Shown here piece by piece: positions 26,990 to 35,375 of a DNA stretch of 40,645 nt. The position numbers and the translations under genes are program-made. This stretch comes from a virus. The stretch lies in IMG/VR virus record IMGVR_UViG_3300028840_000558. One strand, given 5' to 3'. The notes beneath the pieces are model-generated. The model had not been told where the DNA came from. It searched no databases and saw only the letters and a list, made by a program, of their open reading frames with translations. The number at the start of each line of letters is the position of its first letter. Position 1 is the stretch's first letter.

Positions 26990-27831
26990 ATAACCGTTTC
27001 CTTTGTGCGAATATCTAAGGTCTCCTCTACCCATATCGGCCTGCTCACTTCTCCGTCTTCAACATGAAAAAAAGCGATGCCGTTTGTAATGATATATGCC
27101 GATTTCGTGACCTGCCTAGCGTATCCCGATAGACCACACATAGAAGGCATTACAACTAAACGGCTCTCATGGTTGCCAACCGTGACAACTTCATTTACTT
27201 TTGTATGGTAGTGACCGCACAATACAAGGTCTGGCGGTCTACGACCATACACAATCTCATCTAACATCAATGAACGCAGATAATGGCGCGCCACATTGCC
27301 CTTTGTCCAATTGCGAATACCCCCACCAGGACCATGATGCCTGTAATCGATAAACGCACCACTAACCTCTAAAAGCCCGTGATCCACTACTCTCAGGTCT
27401 ATTTCTGGATATTCCTTTTGTAATGTTTCTCCTAATTCGATTGTTGCCGATCCCTCATCAAATTCGTGTGCGTCAGTACCAATGCACATTCTCAACATAA
27501 CCGGGTTTAGCGACTCGATCCAGGGAATAAAATTTCCCCTGCCAATTACAAGCTGATCAGATAAGCGGTTGCTCATTAACCCCGAAGAATATTTATTGCC
27601 GTGGGTCTGTTCTCCCAAATGCAATAAAACAGCCTCTTTATCCTCTGATAGTTCAATGGCTTTTTCTATCGCCTCAAGATTTAACTCCCACAAATATTCT
27701 TGAATATCTGTAAGTTCGGGGGTATACGGCGAATAGGTTCCCTCCTCGTCCCTATCATATAACACAATATCTGGTGGGCATAAGCCATGCTTGTGACCTC
27801 CGTGCGTATCGGAAACTACAATTACAAGCAT
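26935..27831 (-). CDS. Calcineurin-like metallophosphoesterase
   Basis: VVSDTHGG near the N-terminus, GEQTHGN, and LCGHYHT. Confidence 0.7.
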   Translation of the reverse strand: MLVIVVSDTHGGHKHGLCPPDIVLYDRDEEGTYSPYTPELTDIQEYLWELNLEAIEKAIELSEDKEAVLLHLGEQTHGNKYSSGLMSNRLSDQLVIGRGNFIPWIESLNPVMLRMCIGTDAHEFDEGSATIELGETLQKEYPEIDLRVVDHGLLEVSGAFIDYRHHGPGGGIRNWTKGNVARHYLRSLMLDEIVYGRRPPDLVLCGHYHTKVNEVVTVGNHESRLVVMPSMCGLSGYARQVTKSAYIITNGIAFFHVEDGEVSRPIWVEETLDIRTKETVICERKSKKGLLRKFARKS

Positions 27832-27879
27832 GATTAGCCCCCTTTGTTAAGGTGCGTTTCTGTTTTATCTTCCAGAGTT

Positions 27880-28035
27880 TCAACTCCCTACTAAGGGTTG
27901 GATCTCCAACATTGCCAGCAGGATAAACTCCAGCCAGCAGCAGAATGTAGTGACGAACAGAAAGACAAATATTGTTATTGCAACCAGTATCACCCTGGAA
28001 TCGTCGGAGGAAAACATACAGCGGGGGTTGTCCAT
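27880..28035 (-). CDS. Small membrane protein, 51 aa
   Basis: MDNPRCMFSSDDSRVILVAITIFVFLFVTTFCCWLEFILLAML... TAATG overlap with the upstream gene. Confidence 0.4.
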   Translation of the reverse strand: MDNPRCMFSSDDSRVILVAITIFVFLFVTTFCCWLEFILLAMLEIQPLVGS

Positions 28036-28328
28036 TACTGCCTGGTCCCAATCCCAAACAGCGTGGCTACCGCGATTGCAATTGTATTGAAACCGTCCCA
28101 AAAATAGCCGCGCTGTTTGAGATTTTTTATATCGTCTGTATTGCGGTTTGATTGTCCTTTTATGGCTATAATCGCCTTCTCGTTTTCAGAACTACGCCCA
28201 TTGATTTTGCGCAATTGATCTTTCTGCTCGTCGAACCTTTCTTCCATCCTGGCAGTCAAATTTTCCAGCATGACCGCCAGGACCGTATTTGATGTTCTGG
28301 TGTTCTTGGCAGCATCATCGTCAGCCAT
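28035..28328 (-). CDS. Coiled-coil protein with a C-terminal transmembrane anchor, 97 aa
   Basis: ...GYFWDGFNTIAIAVATLFGIG at the C-terminus. Confidence 0.55.
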   Translation of the reverse strand: MADDDAAKNTRTSNTVLAVMLENLTARMEERFDEQKDQLRKINGRSSENEKAIIAIKGQSNRNTDDIKNLKQRGYFWDGFNTIAIAVATLFGIGTRQ

Positions 28329-28340
28329 GTCGGTTCCCCC

Positions 28341-28670
28341 TTACTGAGAGTACGATTTGCCTACCAGGAATACACCGCGGAACTTATCATGGACAACACG
28401 AGCAGAAATAAACTGAACGACATACGCCACGAATGGTCCCAAAACAGCCATGAAATCTGCTAATTCCTGATCGATACCCGCTACATCCAGGTCGGGAGCG
28501 ATAACCTTAGAAGCAAATAAGGCGCATAACCCAACAAGGTTGAAGCCGATAGACCAATTTGCCGCCGTTCCGTCCTTGATAAAACCGACGGATTTGCCCA
28601 GGTTAATCAGGAACGCTATGAGCGCACCTACGCCTACCAGCGCGCCAAATTCGATTAATAGCTGATCCAT
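28341..28670 (-). CDS. Multi-pass membrane protein, holin-like, 109 aa
   Basis: Three hydrophobic segments (FGALVGVGALIAFLI, FNLVGLCALFA, VLGPFVAYVVQFI). AAAGGAGG RBS. Confidence 0.5.
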   Translation of the reverse strand: MDQLLIEFGALVGVGALIAFLINLGKSVGFIKDGTAANWSIGFNLVGLCALFASKVIAPDLDVAGIDQELADFMAVLGPFVAYVVQFISARVVHDKFRGVFLVGKSYSQ

Positions 28671-28762
28671 TTAGTACCTCCTTTCTTTAGAATTATTGTA
28701 CCTATATCGGTATTTTATACCGCCTATATTATACACTAATTTTCAATTTAGCGCCGCACTAT

Positions 28763-29092
28763 CTAATAGCCAGTCCATGCTGGATTGCGGGATGGGGTAC
28801 AACAAGCGGCTGAAACGGCAGAAAACGATACTCTGCTATACTGCCAATCCCGTATTCTTTTTTCCGTTTCCTCTGGCGAAAATTCATCAAAGTCTACTTG
28901 TTGCCATTCACCCTTAACCAACCTATCAAATTCAACGGCGGTTCTCTCTGCTACTTGTTGCATATATTGGTCAAATACTGATCCGCCACAATGCTCTAAT
29001 CTTTTGACAGATTCGGTTAGGGCTGCGGCATATTCCAATTCCTCCGGTTCCGCAACAACCATTTGCTCGAATACATTTGTATCTGCTAACAT
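28763..29092 (-). CDS. Hypothetical acidic protein, 109 aa
   Basis: ORF only. Confidence 0.45.
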   Translation of the reverse strand: MLADTNVFEQMVVAEPEELEYAAALTESVKRLEHCGGSVFDQYMQQVAERTAVEFDRLVKGEWQQVDFDEFSPEETEKRIRDWQYSRVSFSAVSAACCTPSRNPAWTGY

Positions 29093-29094
29093 AT

Positions 29095-29388
29095 TTACCT
29101 CCTTATCACAATCTCGCCAATTTCAACTGACTGCTCCTGTATCGGACTTCCGTCACTCAAGAACTCATGGCATACATACACATAGTACGTGTCGTAACCG
29201 CACACCTTGATGACTTCTAGCCCTTCTGGTGGAGTTGGTTGGTGGGTCGGTGCGGGGTACGGGTCTTGCGCCTGTACGCGGTACGGCTCAACCTTTACCC
29301 GTGCGGGGATAAATGCAGGCACAACGCACAGCGCCATGACGGCAATTGTCAATATTACAGTAACAGCAATCGGGATAATTTTATTCAT
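29095..29388 (-). CDS. Membrane-anchored or secreted small protein, 97 aa
   Basis: Start moved to MNKIIPIAVTVILTIAVMALCVVP (GGAAGGAGG RBS). Confidence 0.5.
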   Translation of the reverse strand: MNKIIPIAVTVILTIAVMALCVVPAFIPARVKVEPYRVQAQDPYPAPTHQPTPPEGLEVIKVCGYDTYYVYVCHEFLSDGSPIQEQSVEIGEIVIRR

Positions 29389-29638
29389 CTGTAACCTCCT
29401 TCCAATCCTCACCATACAGCGCAACCTGCCGGGGGCAGTCATCGGCGTGACCATATATTTGCAATGTGGCACACCACATACACATCCGTTCACCACCAGG
29501 AGCACCAACCCACTCCACACTCACAAGCGTATTCCACAATCGCGCATTGTCAGATGTAACCTCGTTAAACGCTTTAATAACGTCTCCCCAAGATTTCTGT
29601 AGTTTTTCAAGTTGCGTACTTTTGCTCTTTCTCATCAT
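29381..29638 (-). CDS. Small zinc-finger protein, paralog of 31841..32077
   Basis: Shares VEW...C..C...H..DCPRQV.LYGEDWKE with the paralog. GAGGAG RBS before the ATG at 29638. Confidence 0.55.
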   Translation of the reverse strand: MMRKSKSTQLEKLQKSWGDVIKAFNEVTSDNARLWNTLVSVEWVGAPGGERMCMWCATLQIYGHADDCPRQVALYGEDWKEVTDE

Positions 29639-30029
29639 CTTCACTCTCCTCAATCACTCCAATCGTTATCTCTACCTCGCCGCCTTTGACCACTTCTCCC
29701 CACTCGGCAGTGGTGCGTTTTATTTGAAAATCATCTATTCCCAATGCTGTGCAAATACCATCCAGAAATGGTTTGCATCGTGCTACGAAGTTGTCAATAT
29801 CCCTTCGTCTCCTGTCAGGAGGACGCAAAATATAGTTTGCCGACAATCGTTTCATAAAAAACCCCAAATCATTTACAATAAAGATACCTTTATCGGTTAA
29901 CCAATTTTGTGTTCGACTATGTGCTATCCACTTTCCTGCATTGACAGCATCGCGCCTCTTCGCCCAATGCCCGCGCCAGTTGGGAGAACACTCAGCGGGA
30001 GGCCATGGGAGGGTTACTGTTATCTCCAC
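29607..30029 (-). CDS. rusA: RusA-family Holliday junction resolvase
   Basis: PPDRRRRDIDNFVARCKPFLDGICTALGIDDFQI. GTG start. Confidence 0.75.
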   Translation of the reverse strand: MEITVTLPWPPAECSPNWRGHWAKRRDAVNAGKWIAHSRTQNWLTDKGIFIVNDLGFFMKRLSANYILRPPDRRRRDIDNFVARCKPFLDGICTALGIDDFQIKRTTAEWGEVVKGGEVEITIGVIEESEDDEKEQKYAT

Positions 30030-30180
30030 TATCCTGCTCCTTTCTCGGGTCTCGCCATGGGTGACAGGCGAGACAAATCAATATGTGCCCGTTCCACAAA
30101 TGCTCGGTCTGCATCCCGCAAATGGAACACCATGACGGGAACATGTCTCCTGGTTTTACAGTCTCGGGGTTACGGTTCAT
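29992..30180 (-). CDS. Small zinc-ribbon protein, 62 aa
   Basis: MNRNPETVKPGDMFPSWCSICG...LICLACHPW. ATGA overlap with the peptidase stop. Confidence 0.45.
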   Translation of the reverse strand: MNRNPETVKPGDMFPSWCSICGMQTEHLWNGHILICLACHPWRDPRKEQDSGDNSNPPMASR

Positions 30181-30890
30181 CTCTTCTTCCTCGACTTTAT
30201 ATCTAATGGCACACACACCTCGGAGTGTTCGCCGAGCAGTCTGCCAACCGCTTCGTAACCAATCCAGACCAGCGGGTAGTCTTTGCCCCAGGAGTTGCAC
30301 AACCGGAACGCCTCGCGTTTGTCGGACGCGCCATAACAGCAGATTGCGTGACCGCCCATCGCGTAACCATACTCGCCGCGCCCAATCCATAGTTCATTGT
30401 TATACACCTGCGGCATCATAAAGTTGGTGTACCAGTTGACCCCAAACACTACAGGACGGTTCACCAGAATTGCCTTGCGTATCTCATCCACGGTTTGCGC
30501 CCAGTAGTAGGAGTAAATCCCCTCGTACCAGTAAGGCAGTATCCGGTTCTTGGGTCTATGTCCGCGCTTTTCCAGAACTCGGAACGGCGCGACAAGGTAA
30601 GTTCCAACGTCTGCCTCAGGCGTAGTCGCGGGATCTCCGTCAATGTCACACGCGCGGTGGTACAACCACATCGCATTATAAAGTTTACGGTTGAGTATGC
30701 TCATCGCTATGGATGCGGAGTAACCGCAGCAGGAATTATGCGGCGACTGGTCATAATAAATCCAGTATTCATCGGAGAGGTCTAACACCTTCTCCACGTG
30801 CGTTGCAGGGTCAAGCCCAAGTCTGCTGAACGGGTACCGCTCCACATGCGCCCAATCGCGGGGTATCTTGCGCCCGAAGTTATAGTTCAT
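30177..30890 (-). CDS. Papain-like (C1-family-like) cysteine peptidase
   Basis: The order Q...C (DQSPHNSCCGYSAS), His (GGHAICCYG) and Asn-Ser-Trp-Gly (LCNSWGKDYP) matches the papain catalytic layout. I chose the start at 30890, which follows GGAAGG. Confidence 0.6.
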   Translation of the reverse strand: MNYNFGRKIPRDWAHVERYPFSRLGLDPATHVEKVLDLSDEYWIYYDQSPHNSCCGYSASIAMSILNRKLYNAMWLYHRACDIDGDPATTPEADVGTYLVAPFRVLEKRGHRPKNRILPYWYEGIYSYYWAQTVDEIRKAILVNRPVVFGVNWYTNFMMPQVYNNELWIGRGEYGYAMGGHAICCYGASDKREAFRLCNSWGKDYPLVWIGYEAVGRLLGEHSEVCVPLDIKSRKKR

Positions 30891-30891
30891 C

Positions 30892-31074
30892 CTAATATCC
30901 TTCCATTCCACACGCTACTGCTATAACTGCCATCATTGCGAAAAAGAAAACTAACACAATCCACATAAACACAATCCCAAACTTGAAGTTTGTCCACATC
31001 CCAACAACCCAGCCTATCATAGATAATACGCACAAGGCTGCAAGTACAATAAAAACACATGCTATCGTATCCAT
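30892..31074 (-). CDS. Small two-pass membrane protein, 60 aa
   Basis: MDTIACVFIVLAALCVLSMIGWVVGMW...IVFMWIVLVFFFAMMAVIAVA. GGAGGTTGTG RBS. Confidence 0.5.
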   Translation of the reverse strand: MDTIACVFIVLAALCVLSMIGWVVGMWTNFKFGIVFMWIVLVFFFAMMAVIAVACGMEGY

Positions 31075-31217
31075 CACAACCTCCATCCACGGTTCCACAA
31101 CCATTCAAATAATTTACCAAGTAAAGTAAGGTATCCTAAAAACACTATCGTTATTGCTGGAATAAGGATGAACAAAACCACTAACGAAACGCCAATTCCA
31201 ATAAATACTTGTTCCAT
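31074..31217 (-). CDS. Small membrane protein, 47 aa
   Basis: Hand translation MEQVFIGIGVSLVVLFILIPAITIVFLGYLTLLGKLFEWLWNRGWRL. It has the same GGAGGTTGTGATGG start context as the next gene. Confidence 0.4.
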   Translation of the reverse strand: MEQVFIGIGVSLVVLFILIPAITIVFLGYLTLLGKLFEWLWNRGWRL

Positions 31218-31360
31218 CACAACCTCCATTCACATTCCGTCATTACAATCATCCTGCTCCACGTCCAGTTCACCATCCGGTCGGTCTCCATGAACCACAA
31301 TTGCGTGATGGGGTGGCGCAGGAACAATAACCAACCAATCATGTAGTGGTGGTCAATCAT
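31217..31360 (-). CDS. Possible micro-ORF, 47 aa
   Basis: MIDHHYMIGWLLFLRHPITQLWFMETDRMVNWTWSRMIVMTECEWRL. It fills an otherwise ORF-free gap, but support is weak. Confidence 0.25.
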   Translation of the reverse strand: MIDHHYMIGWLLFLRHPITQLWFMETDRMVNWTWSRMIVMTECEWRL

Positions 31361-31541
31361 CAGTTTCTATAACCAAGCATAACAACGTATTAGCATTATC
31401 AATCCATTCCTGTGCTTCTTCTTTTGTGTCGAACAAAATCCAGGTAAAATCAGAATCGTAAAAAGTCTCGTTGCCACGCTTTACAAAATATTGATCACGT
31501 TTATCGTTGTAATGAATTTCAAACGGGTCATTTATACTCAT
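31353..31541 (-). CDS. Hypothetical protein, 62 aa
   Basis: ORF only. Confidence 0.5.
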   Translation of the reverse strand: MSINDPFEIHYNDKRDQYFVKRGNETFYDSDFTWILFDTKEEAQEWIDNANTLLCLVIETDD

Positions 31542-31551
31542 CTGAATATCT

Positions 31552-31812
31552 CTAAATTATCGCAAAACCTATCCTACGAAAATCATCTTCTGTAGCAACA
31601 TCATCAATGAAAGGCCACCAGTCGTCACTCATATATTCCTCGTCTTCGCCATGCAATTCTTCACATTCCCAAAAACCAATCCATCCGTCACCGGTATTGT
31701 AGACGCATGGAACGTTTAGGGGTTTTCCACAAAACGAACACTTCTTGTGCGGCGGTAAGGCAAGTTTGTAATCTGGTAAAAGTGGTCTTTCCACAATTTC
31801 CTTTTCGTTCAT
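31552..31812 (-). CDS. Small Cys-containing protein, 86 aa
   Basis: Start moved to MNEKEIV, which has an AAAGGAG RBS. Contains CSFCG...C...C. Confidence 0.5.
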   Translation of the reverse strand: MNEKEIVERPLLPDYKLALPPHKKCSFCGKPLNVPCVYNTGDGWIGFWECEELHGEDEEYMSDDWWPFIDDVATEDDFRRIGFAII

Positions 31813-31840
31813 AACTCGCGCTCCTTTCATGTAGTGGTGG

Positions 31841-32077
31841 TCAATCATCCTTCTCTTTCCAATCCTCCCCATACAGAGTGACCTGCCGGGGGCAGTCGAA
31901 CTCATGACCAGATGTTTTGAGACTGTGATCTCTGGCATAGGTTGGCTCAAACCCGCCACAGAACAAACATACGCCTTGTTCCCACTCTACGCTCTCCAGC
32001 ACTTCGCGCAACTGCTCATTCTCGGCGCGAAGTTGGTCAATTTCCTCTATAATCTTAGATAGTGGATATGTTGTCAC
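31841..32077 (-). CDS. Small zinc-finger protein, paralog of 29381..29638
   Basis: GTG start after GGGGGAGG. SVEWEQGVCLFCG...GHEFDCPRQVTLYGEDWKE. Confidence 0.55.
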   Translation of the reverse strand: MTTYPLSKIIEEIDQLRAENEQLREVLESVEWEQGVCLFCGGFEPTYARDHSLKTSGHEFDCPRQVTLYGEDWKEKDD

Positions 32078-32238
32078 CGATACCTCCCCCGGCACAAATT
32101 CCAATACTCACAATAGCGGGGATTGCATTTCCACCCCGTTGGGTTTTCGGGAAATGCCTCCGCCTGGATCGCCTTCCATACGTTCTCGATCATGCGGAAC
32201 AGGAACATCATCTCCTTCAGGTTGTGCTGGTGTTCCAT
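32074..32238 (-). CDS. Hypothetical protein, 54 aa, with a C-terminal Cys cluster
   Basis: Hand translation MEHQHNLKEMMFLFRMIENVWKAIQAEAFPENPTGWKCNPRYCEYWNLCRGRYR. Confidence 0.35.
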   Translation of the reverse strand: MEHQHNLKEMMFLFRMIENVWKAIQAEAFPENPTGWKCNPRYCEYWNLCRGRYR

Positions 32239-32241
32239 TCT

Positions 32242-32445
32242 TCACTCATCGTCTGTCTCCTCTTCATACGTAAAGTAAGTCTCCCAACCACAGTGCGGAC
32301 AGCGCCACAGTTCCGCACCTCCGCGCCGGTAGACCATGCGCGCGGGTTTCCAGCACTCATTACATACCATGTCTTTGAATGGTGCGGGATTGTCTCGCCT
32401 GTTCTTCCTGTACTTACTCGCCTTCTTCTGGTGCTTGATGCTCAT
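32242..32445 (-). CDS. Small zinc-ribbon protein, 67 aa
   Basis: CNEC...CPHC. Confidence 0.55.
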   Translation of the reverse strand: MSIKHQKKASKYRKNRRDNPAPFKDMVCNECWKPARMVYRRGGAELWRCPHCGWETYFTYEEETDDE

Positions 32446-32456
32446 GTCATTACTCC

Positions 32457-33749
32457 TTAGAACGGTACTTCCTTTGTCGCATTGCCCAGCGCCGGGTATC
32501 CTGGTATCCGCACCAGGTCAAACCATTGGCGCGGGTTTTCCAATTCACGTCCCTTGCCGAACACGCACCGCGCTATACTCGGCTGTTTTTCGGGTTTCAC
32601 AATAAACAACAATAAGTCCGTATCGTAGAACTGCTGGTTGCTACCTCTCAAGTCCTGTCCCTCGGGCATCCCGCTCATGCCGCGTTTATTCAGACTGTGG
32701 ATGACCATACCAGCAATATCCAGCGAACGGCAGATTGACTTCAGCCTGGCTGACACAAAACCAGTGCGGTCATTCTCGGATAGTCCAGCGCCATCCTTCA
32801 ATAGATACGCGTAATCGAGCCCGAACCACTGGATACCATATTGAACTTTCAACCGCGCCAAATCTGCTCTAAGACTGGTGGTGGTCCACATCACGCTATC
32901 GCTCATGTAAAGCGGTAGACTATCAAGTACCTCAACCTCTTTGGCAATCACGGCAATATCGTCGGGGTCAATGCGCCCGGACTTCAAGTCTCTCGTTCCG
33001 ACCTTCGCCAGATAAGACAGCAGTCTGCGAATTACCTGCGTTCCAGGCATCTCCAGACTGTAAAGACAACCCGGAACTCCATTGAGCGCAATCTGGTAAC
33101 TCGCCTGCATGACGAATATGGACTTGCCCACTCCTGGTTCACCCGATACGTACAGGATCTCCCCAGGCTGCAATCCTCCGGTGATGCGGTCGAAATCTGT
33201 AAATCCGGTAGGTATCCCCCACACATCCTGCGGGTTCTCCATGCGCTCTAGCGCCTCTTCCATGACTGGAGCGGTATAGTTCGATACATGCGATGCGGCG
33301 CCTTTGACTGATACCGCCTTCAACAGGCTGTCCATGATGTCGCCCGCTTCGCTTTCCAAGGCGGTGTTTGTGTCATACGCGACTTTCGCTATCCGTGACG
33401 CAACATCACTCCACTTGCGCCGGTCAGCGTAATCGGACACAACCTTGCCGTACTCTTCGGCGCGCATACTGCTAGGAGCAGCGGCAATCAATCCAGCTAA
33501 GAACGATGCGCCGCCGACTTCATCCAGTTTACCCATCCGCTCCAGGATCTCAGCGACTAGCACAATGTCAATGTCGCGCCCTGCCTGGTGCAGCCTGTCT
33601 AACGCTTGCCAAACGAACCTGTGGCGGTGAACGTAGAAGTCGTCGGCGGTTATGTCCAGTGATGCGATTGCTGACGGGTTTACCAGGACCGCGCCCAGCA
33701 ATGCTTCTTCTGATTCCTTGCTAAATAAGTCGCTCGGAGCTGTATTCAT
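32457..33749 (-). CDS. dnaB: Replicative DNA helicase (DnaB family)
   Basis: SKESEEALLGAVLVNPSAI..., Walker A SGEPGVGKS, and the overall DnaB layout. Confidence 0.85.
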   Translation of the reverse strand: MNTAPSDLFSKESEEALLGAVLVNPSAIASLDITADDFYVHRHRFVWQALDRLHQAGRDIDIVLVAEILERMGKLDEVGGASFLAGLIAAAPSSMRAEEYGKVVSDYADRRKWSDVASRIAKVAYDTNTALESEAGDIMDSLLKAVSVKGAASHVSNYTAPVMEEALERMENPQDVWGIPTGFTDFDRITGGLQPGEILYVSGEPGVGKSIFVMQASYQIALNGVPGCLYSLEMPGTQVIRRLLSYLAKVGTRDLKSGRIDPDDIAVIAKEVEVLDSLPLYMSDSVMWTTTSLRADLARLKVQYGIQWFGLDYAYLLKDGAGLSENDRTGFVSARLKSICRSLDIAGMVIHSLNKRGMSGMPEGQDLRGSNQQFYDTDLLLFIVKPEKQPSIARCVFGKGRELENPRQWFDLVRIPGYPALGNATKEVPF

Positions 33750-34587
33750 GATATATCCTATGGGATTTGTAATCCTTAAATGGAATATGTCCTAGAAATC
33801 GTTGTTTTGACCAATAACGCACATAATCTTTTAGTTCTCTTTCTGTCCAATATTCGCCTATATATTGGTTTCGTTTTATTGAATCGAGTGGCTGGTAGCG
33901 CATGGGACTTACCCATATACCTAAATTCTTCAATGTCTCCAATCTATATAACGCATCCTCGGGTGTATCTTTGAAACCGATAAGACAATAAACCCGCAAT
34001 TTATTTTTAGGTATTCCAGCATCCATTAATAATTGCAACGATCCTAAAACTTTATTCTCGATCTTGGCATTATCCCAAGCTAATCTCACACAATACAAAT
34101 CAAGCTCTGATAGTCTATTGGCGTGATAATTATTAAGCAATCGGGCATCCAGGCCCTGATTAAAATCTATTCCTTTTATAGACTTTAATTTGTCTATCAC
34201 GCTATCAAAATGAAACTTACTCGATGCTAAAAAGTTATTGTCACAAACAATTGGTTTTATTTTCCAATCATCAAGTTCTACAAAATCCCCTTCTATTTTA
34301 GGTACTATGCAAAACGGACACTGACGTATACAACCCCTAGTAGTAAACGTAGCGTCTGGATTATGTTTTTCTAAAACACCATCCATTGAATTTCGAACTA
34401 ATGCAACGCTTTTTAAATATTGTGGGTTATACAAGACCGCCGGACCGCCAGCAACAACCTTATATCCTAGTGACTTATACCAAATCGCTCGCTGATAAGT
34501 CTTGGCTAATTGCCATGAAAAAACTACAGAAAGGTAAGCTGTATCATTCTCGATCCAATCAATAAGTCCGCCAGACCATTTAGTCAT
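33721..34587 (-). CDS. Radical SAM domain protein
   Basis: CxxxCxxC motif CIRQCPFC at about 34309..34332. Lies in the AT-rich island. Confidence 0.65.
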   Translation of the reverse strand: MTKWSGGLIDWIENDTAYLSVVFSWQLAKTYQRAIWYKSLGYKVVAGGPAVLYNPQYLKSVALVRNSMDGVLEKHNPDATFTTRGCIRQCPFCIVPKIEGDFVELDDWKIKPIVCDNNFLASSKFHFDSVIDKLKSIKGIDFNQGLDARLLNNYHANRLSELDLYCVRLAWDNAKIENKVLGSLQLLMDAGIPKNKLRVYCLIGFKDTPEDALYRLETLKNLGIWVSPMRYQPLDSIKRNQYIGEYWTERELKDYVRYWSKQRFLGHIPFKDYKSHRIYHEYSSERLI

Positions 34588-34609
34588 ATTGTTTATTAAT
34601 TCCTCTTAC

Positions 34610-35362
34610 TCAATTTGAGTAGCCTGCACGTTTCAACTCCTCAACGGATGTGCCGTTAGTCTTGCTGTCTTTGCGGTTGGACTGGAATCCTTCCACCTGC
34701 CATCGTTTTAGAATCGCCTCGGCATAAGACCACGACCGTTTATTCTGGCGCGACGCCTCCTCAATTGCCGCGATAATCCACTCCTCCGGTATTTGTTCAT
34801 CATCAATCCACGACGCTATAGAATCCATGACCTTTGGAGTTAATACCCCTATCTCTGATTCATAAGAATTAAAGACAGAAGAACTATTACTACTGCCTTT
34901 CCTTTCTTCTTCTTCTTTATTTTCTTCTTCTTTAATTAACGATATGGTATCTATACCGTATGGATAGGGTATATTATTAGTAGAATAGGGTATTTTTTTC
35001 TGATAATATGCTATATAAATGTGTTTTAATTCGCAATCTGGTATTTCGTCTAGATCCTTTTGGATTCGTTTTTCTACAAGCGAACTTCCCTTATGGTATT
35101 TGCGCATGTTCACAATCCATACGATTCCCTCACGGTAAATAACCTTGTTCCCTTGCTCGAATTTAATAAGTGAATTTTTTATGAAGTCCTCGTCAAGCCC
35201 GGTTTCCCAATGCATTACTTTAATGGGTAATTTATAAATCCCGCTAAGACTAGCAAGCTCATTAGAAAACAAGTAAATAAATAACAGTTTTTCATCTGAA
35301 TTTAAATCTATGAACCATTCATCTTTCCAGATGCTTACATGAATTTGACGATAATTAGCCAT
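34610..35362 (-). CDS. DnaD / replisome-organiser-like replication protein
   Basis: The C-terminus FNSYESEIGVLTP...AIEEASRQNKRSWSYAEAILKRWQVEG resembles a DnaD-type domain. Confidence 0.6.
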   Translation of the reverse strand: MANYRQIHVSIWKDEWFIDLNSDEKLLFIYLFSNELASLSGIYKLPIKVMHWETGLDEDFIKNSLIKFEQGNKVIYREGIVWIVNMRKYHKGSSLVEKRIQKDLDEIPDCELKHIYIAYYQKKIPYSTNNIPYPYGIDTISLIKEEENKEEEERKGSSNSSSVFNSYESEIGVLTPKVMDSIASWIDDEQIPEEWIIAAIEEASRQNKRSWSYAEAILKRWQVEGFQSNRKDSKTNGTSVEELKRAGYSN

Positions 35363-35375
35363 AAATACCTCAATA

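Noticed and set aside
28671-28762. A promoter upstream of the holin-like gene (TATAAT and TACAAT hexamers present).
   Set aside because: No acceptable -35 or TGn element at 16-18 nt spacing could be found by hand, so I did not call it.
29992-30390. A 132-aa minus-strand ORF and other ORFs overlapping the papain-like peptidase gene.
   Set aside because: Most of their length lies out of frame inside the peptidase gene. Only the last 62 codons (29992..30180), which have their own ATG in an ATGA overlap and CxxC pairs, look like a gene.
32074-32238. The C-terminal CNPRYCEYWNLC cluster as a Cas4/RecB-type iron-sulfur nuclease.
   Set aside because: The ORF is only 54 aa, has no PD-(D/E)XK motifs, and its Cys spacing differs from CX2CX5C. 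At most it is a remnant, so I kept it as a hypothetical small protein.
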